Source: a virus (Duplodnaviria > Caudoviricetes). Taken from it: a DNA stretch of 55,357 nucleotides. Position 1 is the stretch's first letter. Every line of letters begins with the position of its first letter. Below are positions 1 through 9,105 of this stretch, piece after piece. The stretch spans positions 1 to 55,357 of IMG/VR virus record IMGVR_UViG_3300010401_000009; one strand, written 5' to 3'. The notes beneath the pieces are model-generated. The model was not told the DNA's origin, ran no database searches, and saw only the letters and a list, made by a program, of their open reading frames with translations. The position numbers were made by a program, and so were the translations under genes.

Positions 1-123
1 GCGGCGTTCGCCTTCGTCGTGGCGTCGTAGTTTTGGTACGCCGCTGACTCCGCCCTGTGGAGCCCCTGCTCGGCGGCGACCTGCGCGTCAATCGCTGCGC
101 GTTGCTCGGCCTCGGTTCCGGCC
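1..123. repeat. Exact 123-bp terminal direct repeat (copy at 55235-55357); circular assembly overlap
   Basis: Bases 1-123 (gcggcgttcg...ggttccggcc) are identical to 55235-55357. Confidence 0.97.
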
Positions 124-611
124 AGGCGCTGCTCGAGCGCGTCGACACGCTGACCGAAGGTCTGTGGGCGCGCTGGTGCCGCCGGCGCAACCGCGCGCGG
201 TGACGGTGCAGAGGTCGCGGGTACTGGCGCAGTAGCCGCCGGTGGATGGGTGGCGTCCGGCGTCGGCGCCGCCGACGCTCGGGGCGTCGCGCCCCCGGGG
301 GCGTACGAAACCTGGCCCGCTGGTAGTTGGGTGACCGGCGTCGATGGGGCCGCCGGGATGACGGTTGGGATCCCGCTGGGCGCCGCGTCGGGAGCATGGC
401 CCAGATGCGCCCAGCCGAGGTACTGCGGGATCGATACCGGCAGGCCTCCCCAGTCGGCCGCGACCGGAAGTGCAGGAGGATTCACTTCGCCGAGCCCTTG
501 CGCGGTGGGAGCGCCACCCCTGGTGATCATGTCGTAGACCGACGGCGGCAGCCCACCGATCTGCACCGGACCGCCGGTCAGGTCGCCGGGCATGTCATCG
601 GGCATCGGCAT
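1..611 (-). CDS. 5' part of an origin-spanning ~734-aa probable ejection (internal virion) protein; continues at 55234-53641
   Basis: ATG at 611 directly follows the TAG of the upstream gene (MPMPDDMPGDLTGG...). After removing the 123-bp overlap it is in frame with 53641..55122 (total 2205 nt). Confidence 0.75.
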   Translation of the reverse strand, partial: MPMPDDMPGDLTGGPVQIGGLPPSVYDMITRGGAPTAQGLGEVNPPALPVAADWGGLPVSIPQYLGWAHLGHAPDAAPSGIPTVIPAAPSTPVTQLPAGQVSYAPGGATPRASAAPTPDATHPPAATAPVPATSAPSPRAVAPAAPARPQTFGQRVDALEQRLAGTEAEQRAAIDAQVAAEQGLHRAESAAYQNYDATTKANA

Positions 612-2006
612 CTACTGCGCTCCGGTGTCGCCGGGGTAGAACCCGCTGCTGTCCGGCGTGAGAGCGCTCATGTACCGCGGCCACTGAGGCGCCGGCGCGG
701 CCGGAGCAGCAGGCTGAAAGTACGCCGGCGCGGCTGGCGCGAGCGCACCGAGCTGCTGCGCGAGCTGGCGTTGCCGCTGGGCCGCCAGCACTGCGGCCGG
801 ATCGATAGCGACGGGTGGCTGGCCGTACTGGATCCGGCGCTCTGCCGCGGCGGCAGGCATCGTCCTCGCGGCGCTGGGGGTCAGCGGCCGTCCGCCGGCG
901 TCCTCGAGCTGCTTGAGGCGCTCATGAAGGCGTGCGCTCGCCGCGAGCGCCACCATCGCGGCCTTCTTGGCGTCGACCACCTTGCCGGACGGGGTGTCGG
1001 CGACAAGCGAACTCCCGGCCGGGCTGCGCTCGAGGTCCTGGGCCATGACGCCGGTGACCCGCCCCCCGGCCGCCGCGGTCGCCGCCGGGTCCTTGTACAC
1101 GAACGACACGGGACCGCGCGCGGTGGCCAGCCCATCGAGCATCCGATCGATGTCGCCCCGCGCGTCGGCCACCGCGGTCTTGGCGCGCTCGTCGCTCACG
1201 GTGCCGTCGGGCCGCATCAGGTCATCGCCACCCCCGCCGCCACCAGCGCCCATGTACCATCCTGGCACCTGCGTAGGAGCCTGGCCCTGACCTCCGCGCT
1301 GGCCGAGCAAACCAGCTGCCTGCCCTCCGGCGGTCAGGAGGGAGCCGCGAAACGCGTTCTGGTTGGCGGCATTCGCCTGGGCCGCCGCGTTGGCGCCGCC
1401 GAGTTGGGCCGCGTCCATGGAGTTCATCCCGTTGAGAAGCGCGAGGTAGTTGCTGCTGTTGAGCTGGTTGATGGCGAAGTCGCCTTGGCGCCCGGCGGCC
1501 CCCACCTGCGATAGGAGCCCCTGCGCGTTCATCTGGTCCTGGAGCGCAGCCTGCTGGCCGAGTCCCGCGGCACTGAGGCCGTTGGCGGCGGTGTTGTTCG
1601 CCGCATTGCGGTAGGCGAGCGCGGCGTTTCCGCCGCGCGCCATGCGCGCGATCGATTGCTGTGCCGCGTTGGCGTTGGCCATCTGCCGCTGCACGGCCAG
1701 TTCTCCGGCACCCTGCTGACCACCGCTCGCGATCCCCTGGAGCTGGGCCATCTGCCGAAGCTGGGCATCACGGAACGCGCTGTCCTGTGGATAGCTCGTG
1801 ATACCACCGGAACCGTACCCGGCTCGGATCCGAGCGAGCATTTCCGAGCGGTCCTGGTAGTTCGCCGGCTTGACCTCGTCGGGTCCGCTGAACAACCCGA
1901 TCGCACCACCGATGAGCCCACCGGCCGCGGCGCCCCATGGCCCGAGTGCAGAACCAGCGAGAGCTCCAGACGCTGCGCCGGTGGCGGCGCCTCCCCAGTT
2001 GGCCAT
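612..2006 (-). CDS. Probable DNA-ejection/pilot protein with a C-terminal peptidase S74-like (intramolecular chaperone) domain
   Basis: Gly/Ala-rich hydrophobic N-terminus (MANWGGAATGAASG...), Gln/Ala-rich middle, and SDERAK...PVSFVYK...GVMAQDLE motifs typical of S74 domains. GGAG RBS upstream of ATG 2006. Confidence 0.7.
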   Translation of the reverse strand: MANWGGAATGAASGALAGSALGPWGAAAGGLIGGAIGLFSGPDEVKPANYQDRSEMLARIRAGYGSGGITSYPQDSAFRDAQLRQMAQLQGIASGGQQGAGELAVQRQMANANAAQQSIARMARGGNAALAYRNAANNTAANGLSAAGLGQQAALQDQMNAQGLLSQVGAAGRQGDFAINQLNSSNYLALLNGMNSMDAAQLGGANAAAQANAANQNAFRGSLLTAGGQAAGLLGQRGGQGQAPTQVPGWYMGAGGGGGGDDLMRPDGTVSDERAKTAVADARGDIDRMLDGLATARGPVSFVYKDPAATAAAGGRVTGVMAQDLERSPAGSSLVADTPSGKVVDAKKAAMVALAASARLHERLKQLEDAGGRPLTPSAARTMPAAAAERRIQYGQPPVAIDPAAVLAAQRQRQLAQQLGALAPAAPAYFQPAAPAAPAPQWPRYMSALTPDSSGFYPGDTGAQ

Positions 2007-2016
2007 GTCGACTCCT

Positions 2017-5000
2017 TCAGGCGCTGCGCGCCGCTCCAGGTTTGAACGCCGGCCCAATGCCGGCTCCCACAAGCAGAAGCTCGGAAAGCTCGAAGCTCGC
2101 GCCGAAATCCCCGTCAGCCTCGAGGTCGCTGATCAGGAATGAGATCGCCTGGCAGCGCTTGTTGACGTGGATCCGGCGCTGGTACCGCTGGGATCCGCCA
2201 CCCGGGCCACCGTAGTCGCCGGCCCCGTAGAGCCCGGTTCCGAATAGCGTCGGAGCAAAGTTCGCGTTCACGTTGCTCTCGACCGGGCTCTCATAGTCAT
2301 CGTTGTAGTCGAGCCGAAATCTGACCACGAGCCGGTGCGGTGATAGGTACTTACCAACGAAGTACGCCCAGTGCGTGCGCTGCCAGCCCTGTAGATAGCT
2401 CGCGAAGTGGAGCCATGCGGTCTCGATCACAAACGGGATGTGGAGGTAGTCGTCCTTGTAGACCCCTGGGGTCTCTACGAACACGCGGGAATCGTTGCGT
2501 AGGTAGTAGTACAGATCATCGAGGACCAGCGCGTCTATGCCTTCGTGGTTGGTGAAGGTAGACCACGCGTTGCGGTTGTAGTCCCACACCAGGGTGCGTC
2601 CGCTGTCCGTCAGGTAGACCAACCGCTGTGAGGTCGTGATGAGGGTCGTTCGCACGATGTTCTGAACATCGAATTTCTGGACGTCGTTGCCGATGTTAAC
2701 GATCTCCCGCGCCCGCGTCAGCAGCATGATCCCCTTCTTCGACTTGAACGTAACGCCGAGAGGCGTCTGGCCAATGCTGCGCTGGCTGATACAGCCGACA
2801 TCAACGGTGATCAGTTCGATCGGGGTGAATGCGTTGGAGCTTGCGTCAACCGACGGATTGGCCAGTGGACCAGGTCCCCCGAATATGAAAGCCGCGGTCT
2901 CCGAGAACGGGATGATCGTGTCGTCCATCGACACCAGACCCACGATGTCACCGCCGAACTGATCCTTGGTTACGCTGAGCGACACCGGAGCATCGAGAGC
3001 TGTATCGTCGTCGCGCTGCTGCGAGTAGCGCACCATGTTGGGATCTGTTGGGTCGGTCCAGAACAGGCGGCCCTTGCTGCTGGTGATCACGCCTCCGGCC
3101 CACGGAGCTGGGTCGTTGGATAGCACTCCACCGTTCGTATAGAGTGGCTCGCGCGTTGCGATTGCGGTATCTGAAAGGGCATCGACGAATGTCACGGTGT
3201 CGACCGTCGGATCGTTGACGACGTACCGATTGGCACCAGTGGACACTGTGGGGTCGTTGGATGTGACCTTGAACATGTCGATCGTAAGGTCGGTTCCCGT
3301 GGCCCCTTGCTGAGAACGGGCCACGCAGATGCGCGCGTTGGCGAACCGCGTGAGCCGGCACGTTGGGAGCTGGATGGAGAACGACTTGGGTCCGCCGGCC
3401 ATCGTTGCCAGCACCTTGGTGCTCACCGCCCCGCGATGGAGCTCGCCCTGCGCGTCCTGGCTCTCGTACCAGAAGGCGTAGAGGTAGGTGCCGTTGGCGA
3501 CGTTGCCTGCGCCATCGATCGTGATCAGCGTCGACATCTGGACCGGTGCACCGTTGACGTCGAAGCCGATATCAGGCGCGCAATGGAAATCTGCTTCGCG
3601 CCACTGCTCGCCATCGTAGTGCTGAGGGGCCGCGCTGGCCAGGTAGAGCCCGCGCCCGAGCGCAGCCGTCGTGTACGCCGGTTCCATGTCCAGGATGGCG
3701 AGCTTGATGCCCTGCTCGCTGAACTGGTCGCCGTTCTGTGAGCTCAGCTGGATGCGATACGGCAGCGGGCACGCGTGCGATCGCGAGTACACGTCGGTCG
3801 GTCCGAGCCCGAGCGGGATTACGCTGGGGAGCGCCTGCGTCCATGCGAGCACCCCGGCCCCGGTCGGGCGCATCAGCGACCCAGAGGCCTCGCCGGGCAG
3901 CAGGCGGGCCACGATCGTGTTCCCAGGGCTGTTGATCCCGCTGTCGTCGCTCAGCCGGAGCGCTGCGACGTACGGGAAGAAACGCACGGTGTGCGCGATC
4001 ATCACGTACACGTCGCCGTCCGTCGCCGTGGCGTCGAGCGTTGCCCCATCGTGCCACGCCCGCGACACCAACCCATGGCCGTGTAGGGTGGTTTGTATCG
4101 CATCGAGCGTGTTCGAGGTCTGGAGTACCGCACCGCTCGTCAGCACCGTGAGGTCGGATCGTGCTGCGGTGGTTTCCATCGCCCAGTACAACTTCGCGCG
4201 CCCATCGGTGCCGTTCGCCCCGAACGCAGCCGCAAGCCTGGTTGCGCCTGTCGGAATCACCCCTCCAATATTCAGAGCAGAGCGGGTAACAACGAGCGCC
4301 GAGCCAGAAAGAAACGTCGCGCTCAGAAAGACGCCGTTGCCGGCGACCATCACCGCGACAACGTGAGCTACCGGATCCCATGCGACCGCGAGCGGACCGG
4401 TGTTGCCAGCCGGGAAGGCCACGGCCGACGGGAGGCCGGTGAGGACTGACCCGATGGCCCCCTGGGGGTTCACGTATCCGACGCGGAATCCCCCGGTGTT
4501 GATCGCCCACGCGATCACGGCCGGGCGCGTCGCGAATACCCCGGATGGTCCGTTCACGGCCTGCTCGGCATCAAAGAACGGCGATGCCCCGTTGAGGTCG
4601 CTGGCGAGGATGTTGATCACCGGAGCGGCAGAAGGCGCCGCGGTGTCGATGACCGCGACCACGAGCTGGCCGCGATCCGCGCGCGTCCAAATCACCTGGA
4701 GCGACTCTCCGACCGCGATGCACCGCGTGTTCTTGGCCTGGGCCGAGGCATCGAGCTGCTGTTGGCTGAGCAGGACGTGGCCGCTCGCTGCCTCGAGCAC
4801 GGTGCACCACACGCCGCCGCGGTTGTCCTCCCACGCCACTAGGCGAATGCCGTTGCGCTCGGCGACGTCGGGCTGCGCCTGGACGGTTCCGCTGCGGGCG
4901 ATCGGCCTGGTCGTGCAGGTCGTGGCCGCGACCTCGCCGGCGTCGGCCCACGTGTCATCGCTCGGGCGGTACGAGAAGCACCGCTTGTCGGTGAAGACGA

Positions 5001-5229
5001 GGACGTCGTTGTTGGGCGAGAGCGCCATCCCGCGCGCGCCGCCGACATGCCCCCCATCGTTCTGGACCTGCGTGGACAGGGCGCGGTATCCATTCCGCTT
5101 CGAGAGCGTGAACTGCTTGGTTATCACCGCGTTCTGCAGGTCGAGCAGCTTCAGCTGGCTGACCTGCTTTTCGTCGGTCCTGGTGTCGACGCCGCCGCCG
5201 AACTGGACCGCAAACCCGCCGATGTTCAT
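2017..5229 (-). CDS. Tail nozzle/stabilisation-like virion protein (P22 gp10 / T7 gp12 analogue), 1070 aa
   Basis: FGGGVDT N-terminal motif, beta-rich sequence, GRLFW...VRYSQ and DVGCISQRSI motifs; lies just upstream of the ejection proteins. Confidence 0.65.
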   Translation of the reverse strand: MNIGGFAVQFGGGVDTRTDEKQVSQLKLLDLQNAVITKQFTLSKRNGYRALSTQVQNDGGHVGGARGMALSPNNDVLVFTDKRCFSYRPSDDTWADAGEVAATTCTTRPIARSGTVQAQPDVAERNGIRLVAWEDNRGGVWCTVLEAASGHVLLSQQQLDASAQAKNTRCIAVGESLQVIWTRADRGQLVVAVIDTAAPSAAPVINILASDLNGASPFFDAEQAVNGPSGVFATRPAVIAWAINTGGFRVGYVNPQGAIGSVLTGLPSAVAFPAGNTGPLAVAWDPVAHVVAVMVAGNGVFLSATFLSGSALVVTRSALNIGGVIPTGATRLAAAFGANGTDGRAKLYWAMETTAARSDLTVLTSGAVLQTSNTLDAIQTTLHGHGLVSRAWHDGATLDATATDGDVYVMIAHTVRFFPYVAALRLSDDSGINSPGNTIVARLLPGEASGSLMRPTGAGVLAWTQALPSVIPLGLGPTDVYSRSHACPLPYRIQLSSQNGDQFSEQGIKLAILDMEPAYTTAALGRGLYLASAAPQHYDGEQWREADFHCAPDIGFDVNGAPVQMSTLITIDGAGNVANGTYLYAFWYESQDAQGELHRGAVSTKVLATMAGGPKSFSIQLPTCRLTRFANARICVARSQQGATGTDLTIDMFKVTSNDPTVSTGANRYVVNDPTVDTVTFVDALSDTAIATREPLYTNGGVLSNDPAPWAGGVITSSKGRLFWTDPTDPNMVRYSQQRDDDTALDAPVSLSVTKDQFGGDIVGLVSMDDTIIPFSETAAFIFGGPGPLANPSVDASSNAFTPIELITVDVGCISQRSIGQTPLGVTFKSKKGIMLLTRAREIVNIGNDVQKFDVQNIVRTTLITTSQRLVYLTDSGRTLVWDYNRNAWSTFTNHEGIDALVLDDLYYYLRNDSRVFVETPGVYKDDYLHIPFVIETAWLHFASYLQGWQRTHWAYFVGKYLSPHRLVVRFRLDYNDDYESPVESNVNANFAPTLFGTGLYGAGDYGGPGGGSQRYQRRIHVNKRCQAISFLISDLEADGDFGASFELSELLLVGAGIGPAFKPGAARSA

Positions 5230-5357
5230 CGGCGTGACGGCGACGCCACGGAGCCCGCGGCGATGCGCGACACCTGGTGCGCTGTGGTGTGTGCTACGGC
5301 CGGCATCCCGTGAATCTACTCACATAAAACAGCACAACGCAACGTGTCTCACATATG

Positions 5358-6122
5358 CTACCCCAGGACCTGGAGCACCTGTCGGATGATCGAATACGTC
5401 GGGGTCCCAGTATCGTTCGTGGACGTGATCTTGCAAAAATCCCCGGCGTGCGCCCGGTAGTGGAGCTCCATGATCGGAGTCCTGGTCAGCGACACGCCGA
5501 CCACCACTGTCCCGGTGTTCGAGTCTCCAACGGTGGCCACGATCGTAGTTGGCGTCGACGAGCTGTCGCATACGAAGTCGACATGTCCGGCCTGGCCTCC
5601 GCTCAGCGATAGCGTCATCCCAATCGAAATCGACGCCGTGTACTCGGTGTCGTGAGTGGCGTCGAGCTGGACCGCCGACCCGTTCATGGCGAGGGTCGGC
5701 GTCACCGTCGAGGTCACGAACGCGCCCTGCCCGGCCGGCCCTGTGGCCCCGGTCGCTCCCGTTGCCCCCGTGGATCCCTGCGCACCGGTGGGGCCCTGGG
5801 GTCCGGTGGCGCCGAGTCCGATGGCGGGGTTCGGGTACCAGCGGTTGTCTCCCGTTCCGCTGTCGTCCTCGAAGGCGATCACCGCGATCGACGCGTACGC
5901 CCATTGCGAGTTCGGACCCATCGCGAAGTTGGTGCCGTTGCCGTCGGGGTCTAGGCACACGAGGTACCAAGACCCATCGCCGTTGTCGTGGGTCAGGATC
6001 GCCGGGTAGATGTGCGACGAGTCGTAGCGGTAGAGCACCGACTGGCCGACCACACCGGAGGCCGATGCAAATCCGGTGAACGCGACGATGAAGGCGAGCA
6101 CGACGATGATGCGATTCAGCAT
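5358..6122 (-). CDS. Signal-peptide protein with a collagen-like (Gly-X-Y) repeat
   Basis: MLNRIIVVLAFIVAFTGFASA signal peptide; GATGPQGPTGAQGSTGATGATGATGPAG repeat; beta-rich C-terminal domain. Confidence 0.8.
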   Translation of the reverse strand: MLNRIIVVLAFIVAFTGFASASGVVGQSVLYRYDSSHIYPAILTHDNGDGSWYLVCLDPDGNGTNFAMGPNSQWAYASIAVIAFEDDSGTGDNRWYPNPAIGLGATGPQGPTGAQGSTGATGATGATGPAGQGAFVTSTVTPTLAMNGSAVQLDATHDTEYTASISIGMTLSLSGGQAGHVDFVCDSSSTPTTIVATVGDSNTGTVVVGVSLTRTPIMELHYRAHAGDFCKITSTNDTGTPTYSIIRQVLQVLG

Positions 6123-6162
6123 CCCGCCAGCGTACCATGCCCGGCCGGCCGCCGCGGTCAGG

Positions 6163-6579
6163 TCACCATGGGATGCCGGAGCCGGCGACGTCAACTGCTG
6201 GGATCGCGCACCATGCGGGGTCCAGCAGAGCGATCTCCGCGTCGCTCATCCGGCGCCGTGCATGGAGCACGACCGAGCTGCGATCGCGCCTTGTGTTGCC
6301 CGCGCCCACGCCGGCGATCAGCCCGAACACGGTGTCGCGAACGACGCCCCTCGTCTTGAGCCCGCACCGCTCCCACGGTACCTGAGCAAGGTCGCTCCAC
6401 ACTGATATACTTGCGTGCCACACGGGCACGCCTTCGAAGGCGTCCAGTCACTTGTTGACGGTGAGGATCGTCGATAGCGACATGGAGCCGATCCATAGCG
6501 CCCGGTAGAACTCGCTACGGAGCGCGTCCCTTGCGTTCGCGCAGGGATTCGCAATCGCGATCAGCTGGCGCGGCGTCAC
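6163..6579 (-). pseudogene. 139-codon reading frame interrupted by one in-frame TGA (6448-6450)
   Basis: GTG 6579 overlaps the upstream stop (GTGA). Reads MTPRQLIAI...LTVNK*LDAFEGVPVWHASISVW... to the stop at 6163. Confidence 0.6.
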
Positions 6580-7097
6580 GGCGCCCTCCGGAATCCCGGA
6601 ACTGCCGCCGATATGGCAGCGCGGTTGAGGGCGGCGTCTGCCTCTTCATGCTCGCGCCGACGCATCCGGTCGCGGACCGCGCCCACCATAGCCTCGAGAT
6701 CGGAACGGGCGTCCGCGAGCACCTTGGCGCGTCGCTCGAACTCGGCGTCGAGGTCCTTGCTGGCCGCGAGCTGGCCCTCGAGACCGCGGATGCGATCGGC
6801 ATCCGCCACGGCGTTCGCTGCCGCTGCGGTCACGCGGTGCTGGAGCCCGGCCACGCGGCACTTGAGATCGTCGCGCTCGCGCTCCAGCACCCGGTACGAC
6901 ACACCAAGCTCCGCGATCCGCTGGCGGTCAAGCTCCTGAGCGGCCTGGTGCTCTGCCCGCGCGTTGACCAGCGCGGACTCGACCATGGCCGCGGCCTTGG
7001 CGGGCCATGCGGCGAGCTCGGCGGCGCCGCGCGAGATAAGCAACGCGCTTTGCCGCAGACGGTCGGTGAGCTCCTCGATCCTGCGCGCGGGCTTCAT
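6576..7097 (-). CDS. Coiled-coil hypothetical protein
   Basis: 173-aa ORF with 4-nt overlaps to both neighbours and heptad-like composition. Confidence 0.7.
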   Translation of the reverse strand: MKPARRIEELTDRLRQSALLISRGAAELAAWPAKAAAMVESALVNARAEHQAAQELDRQRIAELGVSYRVLERERDDLKCRVAGLQHRVTAAAANAVADADRIRGLEGQLAASKDLDAEFERRAKVLADARSDLEAMVGAVRDRMRRREHEEADAALNRAAISAAVPGFRRAP

Positions 7098-7519
7098 GGG
7101 GCCTCCGGAATGTCGGCGTGCCTCGCAGCGGTTGCGCCGGCGATCGCGGCTCGCTCGCGCAGTTCAGCCCGCATGACTCGGTAGGCGTCCCGGGCTATCA
7201 CGCCAGTCTCGGTGAGCTTATACAGCGGCTTCTTGCCCGGCATGCTGCGTTCGACATCGGGCGTGATGAGCTTGAGCTTGACCATGGTCTTGCCAAGCAA
7301 CGGGCACCGAGCGATCCTGATGTGCGCAACGGCTATCGTCGAAGGATCGCTGAGCTCCTCTAGCAGGTCAGCGCGGTCCTTGTTGAGGCGAGCCTTGTCG
7401 GGCGCACCGCATGCTGGGCACTTCTGGGTGACGCCGAGTTGTGCTTGGCATCCGCACGAGCAGACCGCAGTCACCAGGGTGCGACGGGACGCATGGGCTC
7501 TCACGAGCGCGTCTCTCAT
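7094..7519 (-). CDS. Zn-ribbon hypothetical protein
   Basis: CSCGC...CPACG motifs; ATGA coupling at 7516-7519. Confidence 0.7.
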   Translation of the reverse strand: MRDALVRAHASRRTLVTAVCSCGCQAQLGVTQKCPACGAPDKARLNKDRADLLEELSDPSTIAVAHIRIARCPLLGKTMVKLKLITPDVERSMPGKKPLYKLTETGVIARDAYRVMRAELRERAAIAGATAARHADIPEAP

Positions 7520-8592
7520 GGCGCCACCGCCGGGCAGGAGCGCGCTCCGGGGATCGGGCAACCGTCATCGACGTCGACATCATGCTCAGCGAGTGGCTGC
7601 CCGCACACCGCGCACGACCCGTCGTCGCGCGGCGTCCTGATGCGGGCGGGCAGCTGCGCGAATGAGGCGTCGCGCGGAATCGAAGCGGCAATGCGCTCGG
7701 CGTCCGTCGTGCCGTTGCGCGGCCGCGGACCGGCGAACTTCGCGACCGCGTCCCGAGCGGATCCGGGGATCACGTCAAGCGCCACGGATGGGCGGTATCG
7801 CGCCGGTCCATCGATCGGGTCAGGGTTGGCCGCGCGCCGCGCGATCTCTGCCCGCTCTCGGATCTGCACCACGCACCAGGTCCGCGCCTGGGCGATGATC
7901 TCGGCTGGGCTCTTGCCGCGCGCCAGCGCCCTCCCATCGGCCACCGGGCCGCCGAGCCCGAGCGCGACGATGCAGGTCTGCCGAGCGAGCGCGGATGTCA
8001 CGGTGCCATCGCGCAGGGTGCGCGCGTACGCCAGAATCTCGTGGTCGGTGACGTCGTGCGGACCGGAAGCGTCGAGCTCGAGCGCTGGCTGGGATCGTCG
8101 TAGCTGGTCGGCGAACCTGCGATCGAGCGATGACAGTACGGCGAGCGCGCGCTCCGCGGTGTCGAGCCTGACCAGCGCGGTCGGGGACAGCGGCTCCCCG
8201 CGGGCCAGCATGCGCTCGACCGCGACGTTGGCGATGAGCCACTCGTCGATGACGGCCTGCCAATCGGGCTGGGTCTTGATCCAGCGAGCCATCTCCTCGC
8301 AACCCGCGCGCCCTACCACCTTCTGGGCGGGGGGGCCGGCAAGGAACGATCGGGCCAGGTCCTGAGCGCGGTGGCGGTCCGGTGGCTGCAGATCCGGGCT
8401 CGGCGCGCCGTCCGGCATCTCGCCTGGCGCGGTCAGGATGGGCTGCGTTGGTCGCTCGTCCATCCGCGCTCTGCGGGCTTCTGCGGCCTCCGGGGGGAGC
8501 CCTCCAAGGGTACGCTCGTCGGGTCCGATGGGGCGCGATCCGGGAGGGGTTGTTGGTTTGGTGTCTTCTGGTGGTTGTCGGTGGGGAAGCAT
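7516..8592 (-). CDS. Hypothetical protein with a C-terminal CxxC...H...C motif (start could be near 8463)
   Basis: Long ORF coupled to the downstream gene; ends CAVCGQPLAEHDVDVDDGCP. Confidence 0.6.
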   Translation of the reverse strand: MLPHRQPPEDTKPTTPPGSRPIGPDERTLGGLPPEAAEARRARMDERPTQPILTAPGEMPDGAPSPDLQPPDRHRAQDLARSFLAGPPAQKVVGRAGCEEMARWIKTQPDWQAVIDEWLIANVAVERMLARGEPLSPTALVRLDTAERALAVLSSLDRRFADQLRRSQPALELDASGPHDVTDHEILAYARTLRDGTVTSALARQTCIVALGLGGPVADGRALARGKSPAEIIAQARTWCVVQIRERAEIARRAANPDPIDGPARYRPSVALDVIPGSARDAVAKFAGPRPRNGTTDAERIAASIPRDASFAQLPARIRTPRDDGSCAVCGQPLAEHDVDVDDGCPIPGARSCPAVAP

Positions 8593-8619
8593 CGATTCCA
8601 GGTTTGCATCGATGCTTCC
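8585..8619. promoter_or_regulatory. Perfect 12-bp inverted repeat (GGAAGCATCGAT-N11-ATCGATGCTTCC), possible operator
   Basis: Read directly. Overlaps ATG 8592 and the -12 element of the leftward sigma54-like promoter. Confidence 0.6.
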
Positions 8620-8628
8620 GGAGTGCCG
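8613..8628 (-). promoter_or_regulatory. Sigma54-like promoter CGGCAC-TCCGG-AAGCA
   Basis: GG-N10-GC spacing; same AAGCA -12 variant as the copies at 32168, 34190 and 34370; 20 nt upstream of ATG 8592. Confidence 0.5.
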
Positions 8629-8805
8629 AGCGGTTTAGCCTCACAGGCACTGACCGCGATCGTGCTTGGGCGCTCTGCGCTACCGGCAGCGTGCGGCACT
8701 GACCACTGCGCCAAAGTCCGGATTGTAGAGCTCCCGCTACGGCGGGCCAGCACGCCCGCAGCAGCCTTGCTTAGTTCCAGTGGAGATTGCTCGCCCGACA
8801 CGTGC

Positions 8806-8820
8806 TGGCATCGCGATTGC
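8806..8820 (+). promoter_or_regulatory. Sigma54 promoter TGGCAT-CGCGA-TTGC
   Basis: Near-consensus -24/-12 element 23 nt upstream of ATG 8844. Confidence 0.65.
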
Positions 8821-8843
8821 CCTCGAGTGACTCGAGGTGACCA

Positions 8844-9023
8844 ATGTTTCCAAGCGAGAAGAAGACCAAGAGAATCGTGATGCGCGTACCGGACAGCCTG
8901 CACAACCGCATCGCCGAGCTCGCATCCGCCGACAACAGAAAGATCGCAGACTGGGCGTACCTCGTGGTAAAGCGCGAGGTTGAGCGATCACCAAAACGTT
9001 CATCGTCCAGGCCTTCACAGTGA
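8844..9023 (+). CDS. Arc/ribbon-helix-helix DNA-binding protein, 59 aa (missed by the ORF track)
   Basis: GAGGTG RBS; MFPSEKKTKRIVMRVPDSLHNRIAELASADNRKIADWAYLVVKREVE has the RHH pattern (alternating beta strand, R-V-P, two helices). Confidence 0.75.
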   Translation: MFPSEKKTKRIVMRVPDSLHNRIAELASADNRKIADWAYLVVKREVERSPKRSSSRPSQ

Positions 9024-9105
9024 CTCCCGTCGTAGAGCATCGCCTTGGCCCGCCGCGAGCATCGCAGCCGTCCCACGGTCGAATGATCGATCGCAGGAGG
9101 ACAGC

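Noticed and set aside
1-123. Terminal repeat as a physical phage DTR
   Set aside because: It falls mid-gene and is an exact short overlap, as expected from assembly of a circular or permuted genome.
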